Source of the DNA: Macrostomum lignano
Lineage: Eukaryota
Reading direction: 5' to 3'
DNA: 64,000 nucleotides
Assembly (NCBI GenBank): GCA_002269645.1
Contig: NIVC01003080.1
Location: forward strand, 1 to 64,000
The notes under the pieces were generated by a model, which searched no databases, was not told the origin of the DNA, and saw only the letters and a program-made list of their open reading frames with translations. Positions 27,101 to 37,934 of this stretch are shown here, in pieces. Within the stretch, counting starts at the first letter, position 1. Each line of letters begins with the position of its first letter. A program made the translations under genes and the position numbers.

Positions 27101-28027
27101 GCTCTTACATTTACAGAGGAAGCGTGGATGAAACCCTACATTGATAAGAACACCCAGTTTAGGACCAAAGCAACCAACGACTTTGACAAGAACCTCTTTA
27201 AGTTGGCCAACAACTCTGTCTATGGCAAGACTCTTGAGAATGAGCGGAAAAGAACAAACCTGAAACTTGTTACCTCATCAGAGCCTGCTGTTATTCAGGC
27301 AAATATGTCAAAGCCAACATTCAAAGAACTCCATATCTTTAATAGCTACTTAGGTGTGATCATATTTTACAAAACCAAGGTGACGCTGCGCAAGCCGATC
27401 TATACAGGTGTCACTGTTCTCGACGAATCAAAACGTCTGATGTACCAGTTCTTCTATGGCATGAAGCAGCAGTACAAGGATAAAATGAAACTCTTGTACA
27501 CTGACACAGACAGTTTTATTATGGACATTCAAACAGAAGACATTTATCAGGACATGCTGCAGCAAAAAGATTTGTTTGACTTGTCTGAGTATGATGAATC
27601 TTTCAGGACACAGAATGGCGATCAAGTGTTTGACGCCACTAACAAGAAAGTGATTGGGAAAATGAAGGACGAGATTGCTGGTGACATAATCACTGAATTC
27701 ATTGGGTTGAGAGCAAAGTCCTATTTTGTAAAATGTGAGTCGTCAGACCCAATTAAAAAATCAAAGGGAATTCCGAAACGTGTGGTTAGGAAGGAAATTA
27801 ATGAAGCTGAATACAGAGACGCCTTGAATTGCAACAAAAAGACATCACATGAGTTCTCAAAGCTACAATCTAAAAACCATATTATTCACACAATTCAGCA
27901 AAAGAAGATTGGACTGTCAGGTGCAGATAACAAGAGATTCATTTTTGATGACAATATTAACAGTCTACCGTTCGGGCACTGGAGATTAGGTTTAGGAGGT
28001 GGAGTTAGGTTTAGGAGGTTGGGTTAG
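24172..28027 (+). CDS. Protein-primed family B DNA polymerase (pPolB), split by about seven frameshifts
   Basis: SSYIELP..KKACINVKN; ExoI VYADFE; ExoII HNAKNYD; KGFYPYE; ExoIII YLFTDVFLLADVFE; motif A YLDANNLYGWAMSQ (about 26730-26770, off-frame); motif B KLANNSVYGK; motif C YTDTDS; FIGLRAKSY. Includes a C2H2 finger and an endonuclease VII-like insert. Confidence 0.95.
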
Positions 28028-28097
28028 GTTGGCACTGGAGTTAGGAGATTGAGATTAGGTTTAGGTTTAAGAGAAAGTTTAATAAACCTCATAAAAA

Positions 28098-28498
28098 ATG
28101 ACGACAAATAACTTTCTTGAAGATTTGGCTAACGAACTGGAAATCCCAAACTTTAGAGGAATATTTATGAGGGACACTCTGCCTGATTTTCCTCTAAGAA
28201 AGAATGCGGCATCATGAACTTTGACACCACCGATAAGCCAGGATCTCATTGGGTTTGCTGGGTGATTGATCCCGATCGCAAGCACAAGTGTTATTACTTC
28301 GATAGCTATGGGACGGCAGTACCAGAAGAGCTAAGAAATTATATGAAGGGAAAAAATAATAAAAAAATTTATCGCTCAGACTTTATTCTCCAAGGTCTTA
28401 GCAGTGATATTTGCGGTGAGCTGTGCATGACTGTTTTGTATGCAATGACCAAAACACGAAAGACCTACAAGGAAATTATTCTTGGCTGTGTTTCATAG
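28098..28498 (+). CDS. Adenain-like maturation cysteine protease (one frameshift near 28200)
   Basis: MTTNNFLEDLANELEIPNFRGIFMRD + ECGIMNFD..GSHWVC..YFDSYG..LQG..ICGELC gives the H, D, Q, C catalytic residues. Confidence 0.9.
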
Positions 28499-28501
28499 GG
28501 T

Positions 28502-29213
28502 TCATTGTGCATTTCTCGTTGTCCTTCTCGTTGTCCTTCTTTCCACATAATGTTGAAGAACTTTCTCGAGTTCATTTCTCAGCTGACTCATGTCATCAGT
28601 ACCGACCATGTTCAAGTTCATTCGAATTGATTGTTCATAAAGATCCTGAATGGTTTTGAACTCATCCTCTGAAATGAACTTATCCTCGATTGCCCTTGAA
28701 ATGTACCCTATGATTGAAGTGTGCACCCCTTTCTCTTTTACTTGCTTCTCCTGTAGCTGCTTTAGTTTTTTTCGCCTGTTTCGCGCTAATGCTCCAGTAA
28801 TTGCTGAAATAAGTCCACATGCAGCACCCACAGAGCCGAGTGGATTGCGATTGGGGCTGTGATGACTGGCAACGTTGAGACAGCTGCAGCAGATCCAGTA
28901 GAACAGACACAGATCCTAGAATCATATTGCTGTAGTCGAAAAATTTACAGTGGCTGTCATAGCGCTTAATTTTCTTTGTGTTGTGGAAAATATTTTTTTC
29001 AAGATCATCTCGCATTTTTTGAATCTCCACTAGTCGAAACTGTTGAGAGTTACAAGTAATGACGGGGTAGAGTTTTTGTTGCTCATATTGGGGTGCATTC
29101 AGATTCGGTGCCAGGTTTTGTGTGTTCGAATTCGGTGCCATTGAGTTTGGTGCTGTCGGTATTTTAGGTTCAACGTATTGAGACTGATCGTATAGAGAAT
29201 TTTGTTGGGCCAT
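28502..29213 (-). CDS. Polinton protein with two hydrophobic segments (two frameshifts)
   Basis: ORFs 28680-29213 and 28502-28831 join after two single-base restorations: LYP..QQFRLVEIQ..KKIKRY, hydrophobic hairpin, basic stretch, ISRAIEDKFISEDEF. Confidence 0.7.
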
Positions 29214-29238
29214 TTTTTCTCTAGAAAAAATAAAAAAA

Positions 29239-30116
29239 TTATAAAACTATCCGGTTGAAAGATCTGTTTTCTTTTTGATAATTCCATCTGCACCGCCGGT
29301 TGTCTAGGCGGCTCTCGTGACGCCGGAGGATCGCGAGTCCAGCAGGCAGCGGCTGGGCGGCTGACGTTTGAGAGCGTGCCGGATTACTCCGGCGGGGTCC
29401 AGAGCTCCTTCTACTCGATCTGTAGAACATGACCGGACGAGCAGCAGATTCTGCTTCATCAATAGCAATGTCACGAAGATTGAGTGTTCTCTCCAGACGA
29501 TCAAGCCTCCTTATTATTTTACCCCAAGAGCTATACATTCCGTTTAGATAGCTACTGTGTGATACATCCTTTCTCTTTAATGCTTCAAGTTTTCTTTAAT
29601 TCTATCATGCAACGCTGTTGACTGGTCATGAACTCTTCTAAATTATTGACTTTACTGTGTTGGTTGCGACGTTTTCTTTAATTCTATCATGCAACGCTGT
29701 TGACTGGTTCATGAACTCTTCTAAATTATTTACTTTAGCTGTGTTTGTGAAAACTCCTCCTTCAAGAATACGCATCCGTCTATCAGTGGAATTTCCCAGA
29801 AGATTAACTGATGATCTCAAGCCGTTGATTAGCGAGACCGAAGTTATTTCTGACCTTAGTTCATTAGTTGCGTTTAACAACGGCACATAAAGCTTATCAC
29901 TTCAAACTTCTGCCTAGCTACTTTAAGCCTGAGATCTTCCATGTTTATTTGCAACTGGTGCATGGAGCGCTCTAGGGCTTTCAGTCTGTTTTTATTCAGT
30001 TTGATCTCTGGGATCTTTTCGTCGCTGTTGATATATCGCCTGTCAAGGATGGATATCTGAGCTGATGTAAGAGCGCTGTTGCCAGAAATGGATTCACCTG
30101 CAAAGTTTATCGACAT
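29239..30116 (-). CDS. Coiled-coil Polinton protein, fragmented (possible fibre/tail-like)
   Basis: Three consecutive heptad-rich minus-strand ORFs with an internal duplication of about 84 bp; TAAAAGATG start. Joining them into one gene is inference. Confidence 0.5.
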
Positions 30117-30132
30117 CTTTTAATAGCAAATT

Positions 30133-30931
30133 TTAAATTACAGTTCTTTTTTCTTTGCTGATAATCACAAACTGGTAAGGCTGATTCCACTTGTCATAGC
30201 AAAGATTAACGAATTCCTCTTGTGAAATCTTTCTGCTTGAGTTTTTTGTTGGATTTATGAAATAGGCAGGCGCAATGACCTCATTGTAAAATCTTTTTAA
30301 CCTGTCCTGTGGAATGGTTGGAAACAGGAGAATCAGATTGCAGTTCCCACGAATTGTTTTGTTCGGGAGCTCGAACCAATTCTGTGCAATGTAAATTACA
30401 TTACAATTGTTATGTCGCCCTCTTGTAAAATAGTTTTCTATCTGCTTCTGTGGGCCTGTCATACAATCATCAAAGACGATCAAATGCTTTCTCCCTTTTC
30501 TAGCTCATCTGGTTGGGGTAGAAGTTTGGTCTTTGGATCAGCCTGTGGATCTCCATAGGTGAACACTTTAATGTTCTGCCATTTTTCATTGTCTTTGAGG
30601 TGCTTTGCATATTCAGCAGCTACAATTTCTGGGTTACTGGGAAGGCTCATTTGGTTATTAAAACATTGAATAATGTCCTCTTTGTTCAGTTGTTTTGCAA
30701 TCCAGAAATCAGCATTTTATACTCATCTTGATACAGTGTGGGAGAGTAGATGTGCAGAGTGTCATAGTCGATAAAGCCAGGTCTAAGAAGCATGTTAAAG
30801 ACTCTGAATGTTTTACCTGAACCTGATGAACCAACAACAATGCATCTGAAGTGACTCGGGATTGACTCATGATGAGAAAACTTAATCTGATTACGCGTCC
30901 AGTGAGGATTGAAGTCGTTTGAAAAGTCCAT
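30133..30931 (-). CDS. A32/FtsK-HerA family genome-packaging ATPase (one frameshift near 30688)
   Basis: Walker A VVGSSGSGKT, Walker B LIVFDD, TRGRH and IYIAQN. The frames join by restoring one A (AAC AA[A] CTG). Confidence 0.92.
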
Positions 30932-31080
30932 TTTTTTTCTATGATGAAATTTTTTTTAATAATAAATAATTTAGAAGATGTGTCATTTTGGGACTTAGAT
31001 GTGTCATTTCGGGACTTAGATGTGTCATTTTGGGACTAGTCTTGTACCTTTACATTTCTTGTACCCTCGGAAAGTACCCT

Positions 31081-31467
31081 TTAGTCAAATTTGAAACCAC
31101 TTCCTTTTTTAATGCTAGCTCTCATCTTCTCATAGACTGCAGGGTCCACACTGTCTGGATTTGGGGCCAATGGAGCCAGCGGGGCCAGTGGAGGTTGAAT
31201 CTCTTGTTTAGGTGTTACAGTATCCTTTATCTTTTTGGCTGCTGTGGCTACACTGCCAGCCGCTTCGGCAACGTTCTTGATGTTCTCTTTGTTCTCTCCA
31301 ATGACCTTAAAAATCTTGGCCCCCTGAGCGATCAAATCGGCAAGGCCATTCCCAGAGCGTTCTTTTCTTGATAGTGGCCTGCAGGGAAAAGTCCAGATCC
31401 GCGTTTAATAGATTAAGTTCCTCTTTGTCATAGTATTTGTCCACGTCTTTCTCAAAATAATCGGCAT
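31081..31467 (-). CDS. Small Polinton core-like protein (frameshifted)
   Basis: AAAAATG at 31467, KRGSGLF, Ala/Lys-rich amphipathic middle, C-terminal KKGSGFKFD. Confidence 0.55.
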
Positions 31468-31483
31468 TTTTACTTGAAATAAA

Positions 31484-32698
31484 TTATTTTTTGTTGAACC
31501 GCGAAAGCAGAAGCTCTCTCGCCCGTTTGTCAATATACTTCTTTTCCATCATTTTGTCCAGGATGTTGACAAATTCTTTTCTATTTTCATCTTTCATTCC
31601 GGTCTTTGCCGCTCCTAGAAGAACCGCTACTCGCTTGTGTAGATTTCAGAAATTCCTTTTCCTGTTGAGGGCGGTTGGTCTTGGGGTTGTGGAGTTGGTT
31701 GGGCTTGTAGCTGCTGGGGAGGTGATGCAAAAGACTGCTCACTTTCAGAGATGGAACTGTCATGCGGTGCCTGTCTTTGTTGAGGTGTGAAAACTCTTTG
31801 CTTGATTCTTTTCATTCGATCTGGAGAGTGTTGTTCTAAGTGTTGCCAGGCATCTGGGTGATCATTTTTATATTTAGCTACATGAGTCGGATCTGCATTT
31901 TCCAGTTGCCTGAGTACTTCTGTAAAATGTTGTTGCTGTGGTTGTGGTTGTTGTTGTTGCTGTTGTTGTTGTTCTAGATATTTTATGACTTCCGCCTGAT
32001 CTGGCAAATCGAACCATTGTTTAAAGTGGTTGTACTTTTTGAATTTAGTCAGGTTGACACCGCTATCGTACATGTGTTTCAGAACTTCTGGTACCTTTAG
32101 TATTTCTATATCTCTAACAAGAGAAAAAGTCACTAGATTTCTGTAGTTCTTTAGCTGCTTCTCGAGATTTTCTCTTGGTTCTTGGTCATAAAAGTCAGTA
32201 AGGTGTTGTGAAAGGAATTTTCATAGTTTCTGAGCCTTTGACAACAGAAATATTTTCTTATTTATGTCGATATAATATTCCACTGGTTCATTATAAATGT
32301 TTTTCTCCACATACTTATTCCAAATACATATTTCCCATCATGTTCGACACGCTCTACTGGTCCAAAAATGTTATCTGTCACTTTTAGTTGCTGTTGTGGT
32401 TGTGGTTGTTGTGTGATTGTTGTGGTTGCGGTTGTGTCTGTGGTTGCGGCTGTATCTGTGGTGCTTCTGGAATTTTGCCCAAAGCCTTTTGCACCTGGGT
32501 TTCCTGTATGTTGTCGATAGTTTCTTTGACCTGATCAATATTTTTCTTAGCTTCTCCATACCGGGCTTATGAAACTCTGTGGCTGCTTGGACAAACTCAT
32601 TGTAGGATTGTGCTCCTTATTTATTAGCCCGGTAACTCGTTTCTCTGCTTGTGCTAGCTTCTCCAATTCAGATATCTGCTGTGTACTTTTCGCTTCAT
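31484..32698 (-). CDS. Q/P-rich Polinton core-like protein, fragmented
   Basis: Consecutive minus-strand fragments with poly-Q/PQ tracts, ending GKG(I)...RVAVLLGAAKTG..EFVNILDKMMEKKYI, like the RLxLLxxxxxAGNxxxxNExxxILDxL motif common in Polintons (recalled). Confidence 0.5.
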
Positions 32699-32723
32699 TT
32701 CTTATTTTATTTTTAGTTAAAAA

Positions 32724-34008
32724 ATGAACGACCCACTGACACCAGTTTTCTACAAAATTAACAAGCCTATTTTGAGTGATGATAGCACAATCAAAGCGAC
32801 TCAGGTAAGAGTTCCCAGTCAGGAAAATCAGAATGAAACTAATCTTGGTCCTGGCAAACACTGACATTTACATACAATGGATGTTCGTCTTGGTTAGTGT
32901 GCACAGTCTTAAGAGCGGCTTCCATATGACATTTCAATTCAAGACAAAAGGTGGTGCGGATGCGGCTCGTGCTAACGTTGACAAGCATGATGCGGATGTG
33001 GCTCTGATCAGTAACTTTTGGGCGTACATGTTCAAGGAGTTTAGTGTATCGAATGGGAGCACTGAGTTGGAGCGAATCGCCAACTTTGGAATTGTCTATG
33101 ACGCTCATTGTTTGATCGAGAATCCTGATTTTATTCAGTTGGGAAGTGGTGCGGGGTTTTATTGCAGATGAAAAAGAAGGAGACATCAATGACAGTGGCT
33201 ATAAAAAGAGGAAGAAGAGATACAACTATGCATTGCAAGGTGCTGATGATGCTGCTAAGAACCGCAGTATCGGTCTGTTGATGTATTTGTACCACTGAGA
33301 TTCATGAGTGGATTCTGTAATACATTTAATCGACTGACTAGTAACTTTAGCTACACCTTTAGGATGACTAGAGATGATCGCAGTAGAGTGTTGTGGACTG
33401 GGGCGACCACACACAGGATGGAGGTGAAGCTAACCGGAATCGAGCTGTATTTGGAAGTCATTGAGCCAAAGACTGCACTAAAAGCAGATTATCTTAAGGC
33501 AATAGAGAAGGACATTGATGTTGCATACACAGCCTACATGTGTCGAGATGAGCGAAACGAAACTAGAACAAACATCTGCATTAAAGAGGGATCAATGCAG
33601 CAATCCAAGGTATATCATTATTAACATGAGAAACCCAAATAGCATTATACGCTATATGCATGGAGACGTGCGGTCCATTCAGCATGAAATCAGTGATAAT
33701 CTTTACCCTGCACTGCCACAAAATGGAGATTTCAGTCAGAACAAGATTAGCAAATTTTACAGCGAGTTGGTCGACTTGGCTGTGAAGAGAACAATGGAAT
33801 TGCTATCACTGCTCTTCAATATGGAACTCTATATCCGATGTTTGGCGCTGATGTGTCTGCCAGACAAATGCCTACTGATAACAGCCCTGTGAATATCGTG
33901 ACTAACATTGAGAGGACTGCCGCAACACCCGTGGACCTGTACATTGTCTATGCATTTGAGAGGAAGGTGAAGCTTAACATGATCAACAATTCATCCAGTA
34001 AAGTTTAG
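32724..34008 (+). CDS. Major capsid protein (double jelly-roll), several frameshifts
   Basis: Starts MNDPLTPVFYKINKPILSDDSTI; beta-rich fragments (NFWAYMFKEFSVSNGSTELE, VKLTGIELYLEVIEP, PRYIII, LYP..GDF, YPMFGADVS); ends ERKVKLNMINNSSSKV*; immediately upstream of the mCP. Confidence 0.75.
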
Positions 34009-34031
34009 ATATTTTTTTGTGGGTGAAAAAA

Positions 34032-34895
34032 ATGGAAGCCATAGCCGAAAGACTAAACAACATTGTTTCACACTCTAAGGAGAGCATTCCTATTACAATA
34101 ACCGGGCGAATTAATGACTCAAACGGGATGTTTGTTGAAAAATTAGAGCAGGCGATTCGCCTGGATCCAGGCGCTAATTACCATGTCTATCTTAACGACT
34201 TCACTGGTTGGTCAAACGTTCCCAATGTGATGGCAGCAAATAATAAGTTTTATTACAAATGGAAAGGTGCAGCAGCAGACCCTGTGGTATTCCAGGTGAG
34301 CACGCAAAGTGTGGATACCTACAATAACTTTCTAGAAAATGTCTTTACTAAGAGAGGCCATTTTGAGACACCTGATTCGAGTAAGCCAGAGAAGAAACTG
34401 TTCCCTGTCAAACTAACCTATGATCTCACTGTAATGAGAGTGGTCATGCAAGTTCACAAAGATGCGGAGGTTGAGTTTAAAGATGACACTTGGTATAGGG
34501 AACTGGGATTCGAGAAGAAAGTTTATAAGGCAGAATCCGCGGCGCGGACCGCCACTCAAGCATCGGGGACCGTTAAAATGGCCCGGGAAAATGTAAGCGG
34601 TTTGTTCTTAGCACCCAATATTGCAGACATTGTAAAGGGTTTGAATATTCTAATCAGAAGCAATCTCAGTCTTGATTGGGTATTTAAGGGAAAGCGAACG
34701 AATATTTTGTACAATATCTCCAACTCTGTTGCTGGAGGACAGATGGTGGTAGAGAAACCAAATCCAGTGAAAAGAGTTGTATTGAGTAATAAGGAGATTC
34801 ACGAGATTGTGCTACAGTTTGAGACTGAAGATGGGATGGGCGTTGATTTTAATGGGGAAGAGTTTGTATTGACGATGATCATTGAAAGAATGTAA
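34032..34895 (+). CDS. Minor capsid protein (penton, single jelly-roll)
   Basis: Intact. AIRLD..YHVYL....SNVPNV..NNKFYY, ILYNI...GGQMVVEKP..V...IHEIVLQFETEDG..VDFNGE matches the Polinton mCP pattern. Confidence 0.82.
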   Translation: MEAIAERLNNIVSHSKESIPITITGRINDSNGMFVEKLEQAIRLDPGANYHVYLNDFTGWSNVPNVMAANNKFYYKWKGAAADPVVFQVSTQSVDTYNNFLENVFTKRGHFETPDSSKPEKKLFPVKLTYDLTVMRVVMQVHKDAEVEFKDDTWYRELGFEKKVYKAESAARTATQASGTVKMARENVSGLFLAPNIADIVKGLNILIRSNLSLDWVFKGKRTNILYNISNSVAGGQMVVEKPNPVKRVVLSNKEIHEIVLQFETEDGMGVDFNGEEFVLTMIIERM

Positions 34896-34902
34896 GAAAA
34901 AA

Positions 34903-35142
34903 TTACAATTGTCTAATGATTTCTGCAAAGTTATAGTAGCTGTCGTAATCTTTTACATAGGTTACTCCATACTTATGAAACCAGTGTCTTTGGAGAGCTA
35001 GATTAATATTAGGGACATTGATATCAACATCGGGCCAATATTTTCTCATGTACTCGCTGCATTCAAGTTTGCATCGGTACTTGGATTTGTACAATGGATG
35101 AGGCTGAGTATAATAGGAACCTAGAGAGACGATTGGAAACAT
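34903..35142 (-). CDS. Polinton orphan ORF, 79 aa, Tyr/His/Trp-rich
   Basis: Intact, TAAAAATG start like the other element genes, fills the gap between mCP and the TIR. Confidence 0.6.
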   Translation of the reverse strand: MFPIVSLGSYYTQPHPLYKSKYRCKLECSEYMRKYWPDVDINVPNINLALQRHWFHKYGVTYVKDYDSYYNFAEIIRQL

Positions 35143-35161
35143 TTTTAGAGAAAATTTAGAT

Positions 35162-35606
35162 TTTTTTTCAAAGGGTAAGGACCCTGGGTTAGGGGATTTA
35201 AAGTTTTAGGGATCTGGTTTCGCCGCTTTGGATTGAATGTGGGGAGAAGAATGCAGATTATTTTCTGATTGTTTTAGAAATGTTATGGGTGGATGTCGGT
35301 GGATGATGTCAGTGTCAGTGAGCATAACAGGTATCAGTTGACACCTGCTCTGATTCTGTCAGGGATAATATGGATGGATTTAATGGGATTATGTTCGAAG
35401 TTTTCGGAGCAAGTGCGGCCCCTCCCCTTTTTCATGATTCTGTCAGGGATAATATGGATGGATTTAATGGGATTATGGAGGATGTTTTGTGAGCGAGTGC
35501 GACCCCCCTTTTTTTCTGATTCTGTCGGGGATAATATAGATGGATTTAATGGGATTATGGAGGATGTGAAAAATTTTGTCCCAAAAGCCCCCTCATGCCT
35601 TCTACT
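35162..35606 (-). repeat. Right terminal inverted repeat of the Polinton (three internal units of about 80 bp)
   Basis: Reverse complement of 19953-20315 with one extra unit. Confidence 0.92.
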
Positions 35607-36412
35607 CTGACAGGTGTGATTATCTCAATCTGACTCGTGTGATAATCTCAATCTGACTAGTGTGATAATCTCAATCTGAATAGTGTGATAATCTCAATCT
35701 GACTGGTGTGGTAATCTCAATCTGACTAGTGTGATAATCTCAATCTGACTAGTGTGATAATCTCAATCTGACGGGTGTGATAATCTCAATCTGACCAGTG
35801 TGATAATCTCAATCTGACTGGTGTGATAATCTCAATCTGACTGGTGTGATAATCTCAAACTGACAGGTATGATAATCTCAATCTGACTAGTGGGATACTC
35901 AATCTGACAGGTATGATAATCTCAATCTGACAGGCATGATAATCTCAATCTGAATAGTGTGATAATCTCAATCTGACTGGTGTGGTAATCTCAATCTGAC
36001 CAGTGTGATAATCTCAAACTGACAGGTATGATAGTCTCAATCTGACTAGTGGGATACTCAATCTGACAGGTATGATAATCTCAATCTGACAGGCATGATA
36101 ATCTCAATCTGACAGGCATGATAATCTCAATCTGACTGGTGTGGTAATCTCAATCTGACTAGTGTGATAATCTCAATCTGACTAGTGTGATAATCTCAAT
36201 CTGACCAGTGTGATAATCTCAATCTGACTAGTGTGATAATCTCAATCTGACTAGTGTGATAATCTCAATCTGACTAGCGTGATAATCTCAATCTGACTGG
36301 TGTGGTAATCTCAATCTGACTAGTGTGATAATCTCAATCTGACTAGTGTGATAATCTCAATCTGACTAGTGTGATAATCTCAATCTGACCAGTGTGATAA
36401 TCTCAATCTGAC
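35607..36412. repeat. 23-bp minisatellite, right part
   Basis: Same unit as 18885-19952. Confidence 0.97.
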
Positions 36413-37546
36413 TTGTATATCAATTATTGCAATTCCAATTATCAGCAACGCAAAATAAGGATCTAACAGTGCCATATTGACCTTAAGCTCAAGACCCTGT
36501 CCTACCCAGCTCGTCAAAGCCGCTATAGAAGCCCCGAGTGGCCTGCATGCCTTTTGCCAAAGAAGACTAATTCATGCTCATGCGACGCTTTTAAATCCAC
36601 TGAAGATGCAAGAAAAATCTTCCATTGCCATTTAAGATGGACCCCACCCAGGTCTTGAGCGAAGCCTAGCGACCTTTGTTCTAATATATTCAGGACAGAA
36701 GCTAGTTGTGCACTTTTTGACTTGACTCAATTCTTTGGCTGATGATTAAAAAGGAACACAAATAAGGGGCGAAGAAGGTACGAGTTTGAGTAGCTAATCA
36801 AAGCCAGATTCACAAGAGCGAACAACAATGGCATCTAAGCATGATGCATACATACATATGCATACATAAATATATTGAGATATGCTTCCCAGTTGAAACT
36901 GCAGTTGCCTCTCGCGCTGTAGGGTAGTGATGGCAATTACTTTGGCCAGAAATACCCGCCCAGAACTGATAGTGTGCAGAGGGGGCCAAACTGAAATAAA
37001 TGCCGTCAGCAAGCACCAGGTGTCTCAGCGCCGGCGGTAATGGTCGGGAGCAATCTTTTTTGCCGATAATTTGCCAAAGTCAGACGTCTTCACAACTCCT
37101 GTCTGACGGCTGAAGCTTAGAGTTGCTTTTGCGTTGCTAGCATCTGGCTTATTTGACTTGTTTAGGGAAAAGAGAAGGAAAAGGAAGGCGGAGAGATAAG
37201 AGAGACGACTGAGCGAGACAGGCGTTCAGAAAGGGGATACTCGTAGCTATGGAATTGCGCTTCCCGCTCTGACTCGCCGAGTCTCTTGCTTATCACAAGC
37301 AAAGACTACCTCTGTCTGTCTTTTGTCTCGCTAACCTTCTCTCTCTTTCACTGCCCCCCTCCCCCCCAACTCATCTCTGGCTGAGGTCGAGGGATCGCTC
37401 TAAGCTAGAATGAGGAAATCTATAAGGAATGAGCGACTCCATTGCTGAGCATCCCTAAGCCGAGCAAGCAAGGTTTTCTGCGTTTAAGAAGCGTTCTGTC
37501 TTGGGCAACTGTTTTGTGGTCGACAGCTTTTTGGAATTCATTGTAC

Positions 37547-37655
<109 letters not shown>

Positions 37656-37934
37656 TCGTGCCTGCTTAGAGTAGTCACCGGAATGGGCAGAATTGCCTCA
37701 ACGCTGGTTGTAGGCCAGGACGATGTCGTCGAAGGCGTTGCGCCAGGGTGCCCGCAGCCTCCCCGAGGTTTTTACTGTTACGAGCGTATTTTTGCGAGTG
37801 CCACCCAATCGCAGCAGAGTGAAGCGCTAACAAGCGGGATTCATTTTCTACTGCAATACTTCGCTCACGGTGGCTGCTGGCCTCTTTCCTGTAAAACTGT
37901 CAAAATTTCATTAAAATTATCGCTGCAGTCCTAC

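Larger units (their letters stand above)
19953..35606. mobile_element. Complete Polinton/Maverick (adintovirus-like endogenous dsDNA virus), 15,654 bp
   Basis: Termini AGTAGAAGGCATGAGGGGGC... and ...GCCCCCTCATGCCTTCTACT. 6-bp TSD CTGACA at 19947-19952 and 35607-35612. Carries INT, pPolB, cysteine protease, A32-like ATPase, MCP and mCP. Confidence 0.96.

Noticed and set aside
36790-37020. LADGIYFSLAPSAHYQ fragment resembling a MULE transposase DGTF motif
   Set aside because: Too short, and no further motifs or termini were found.
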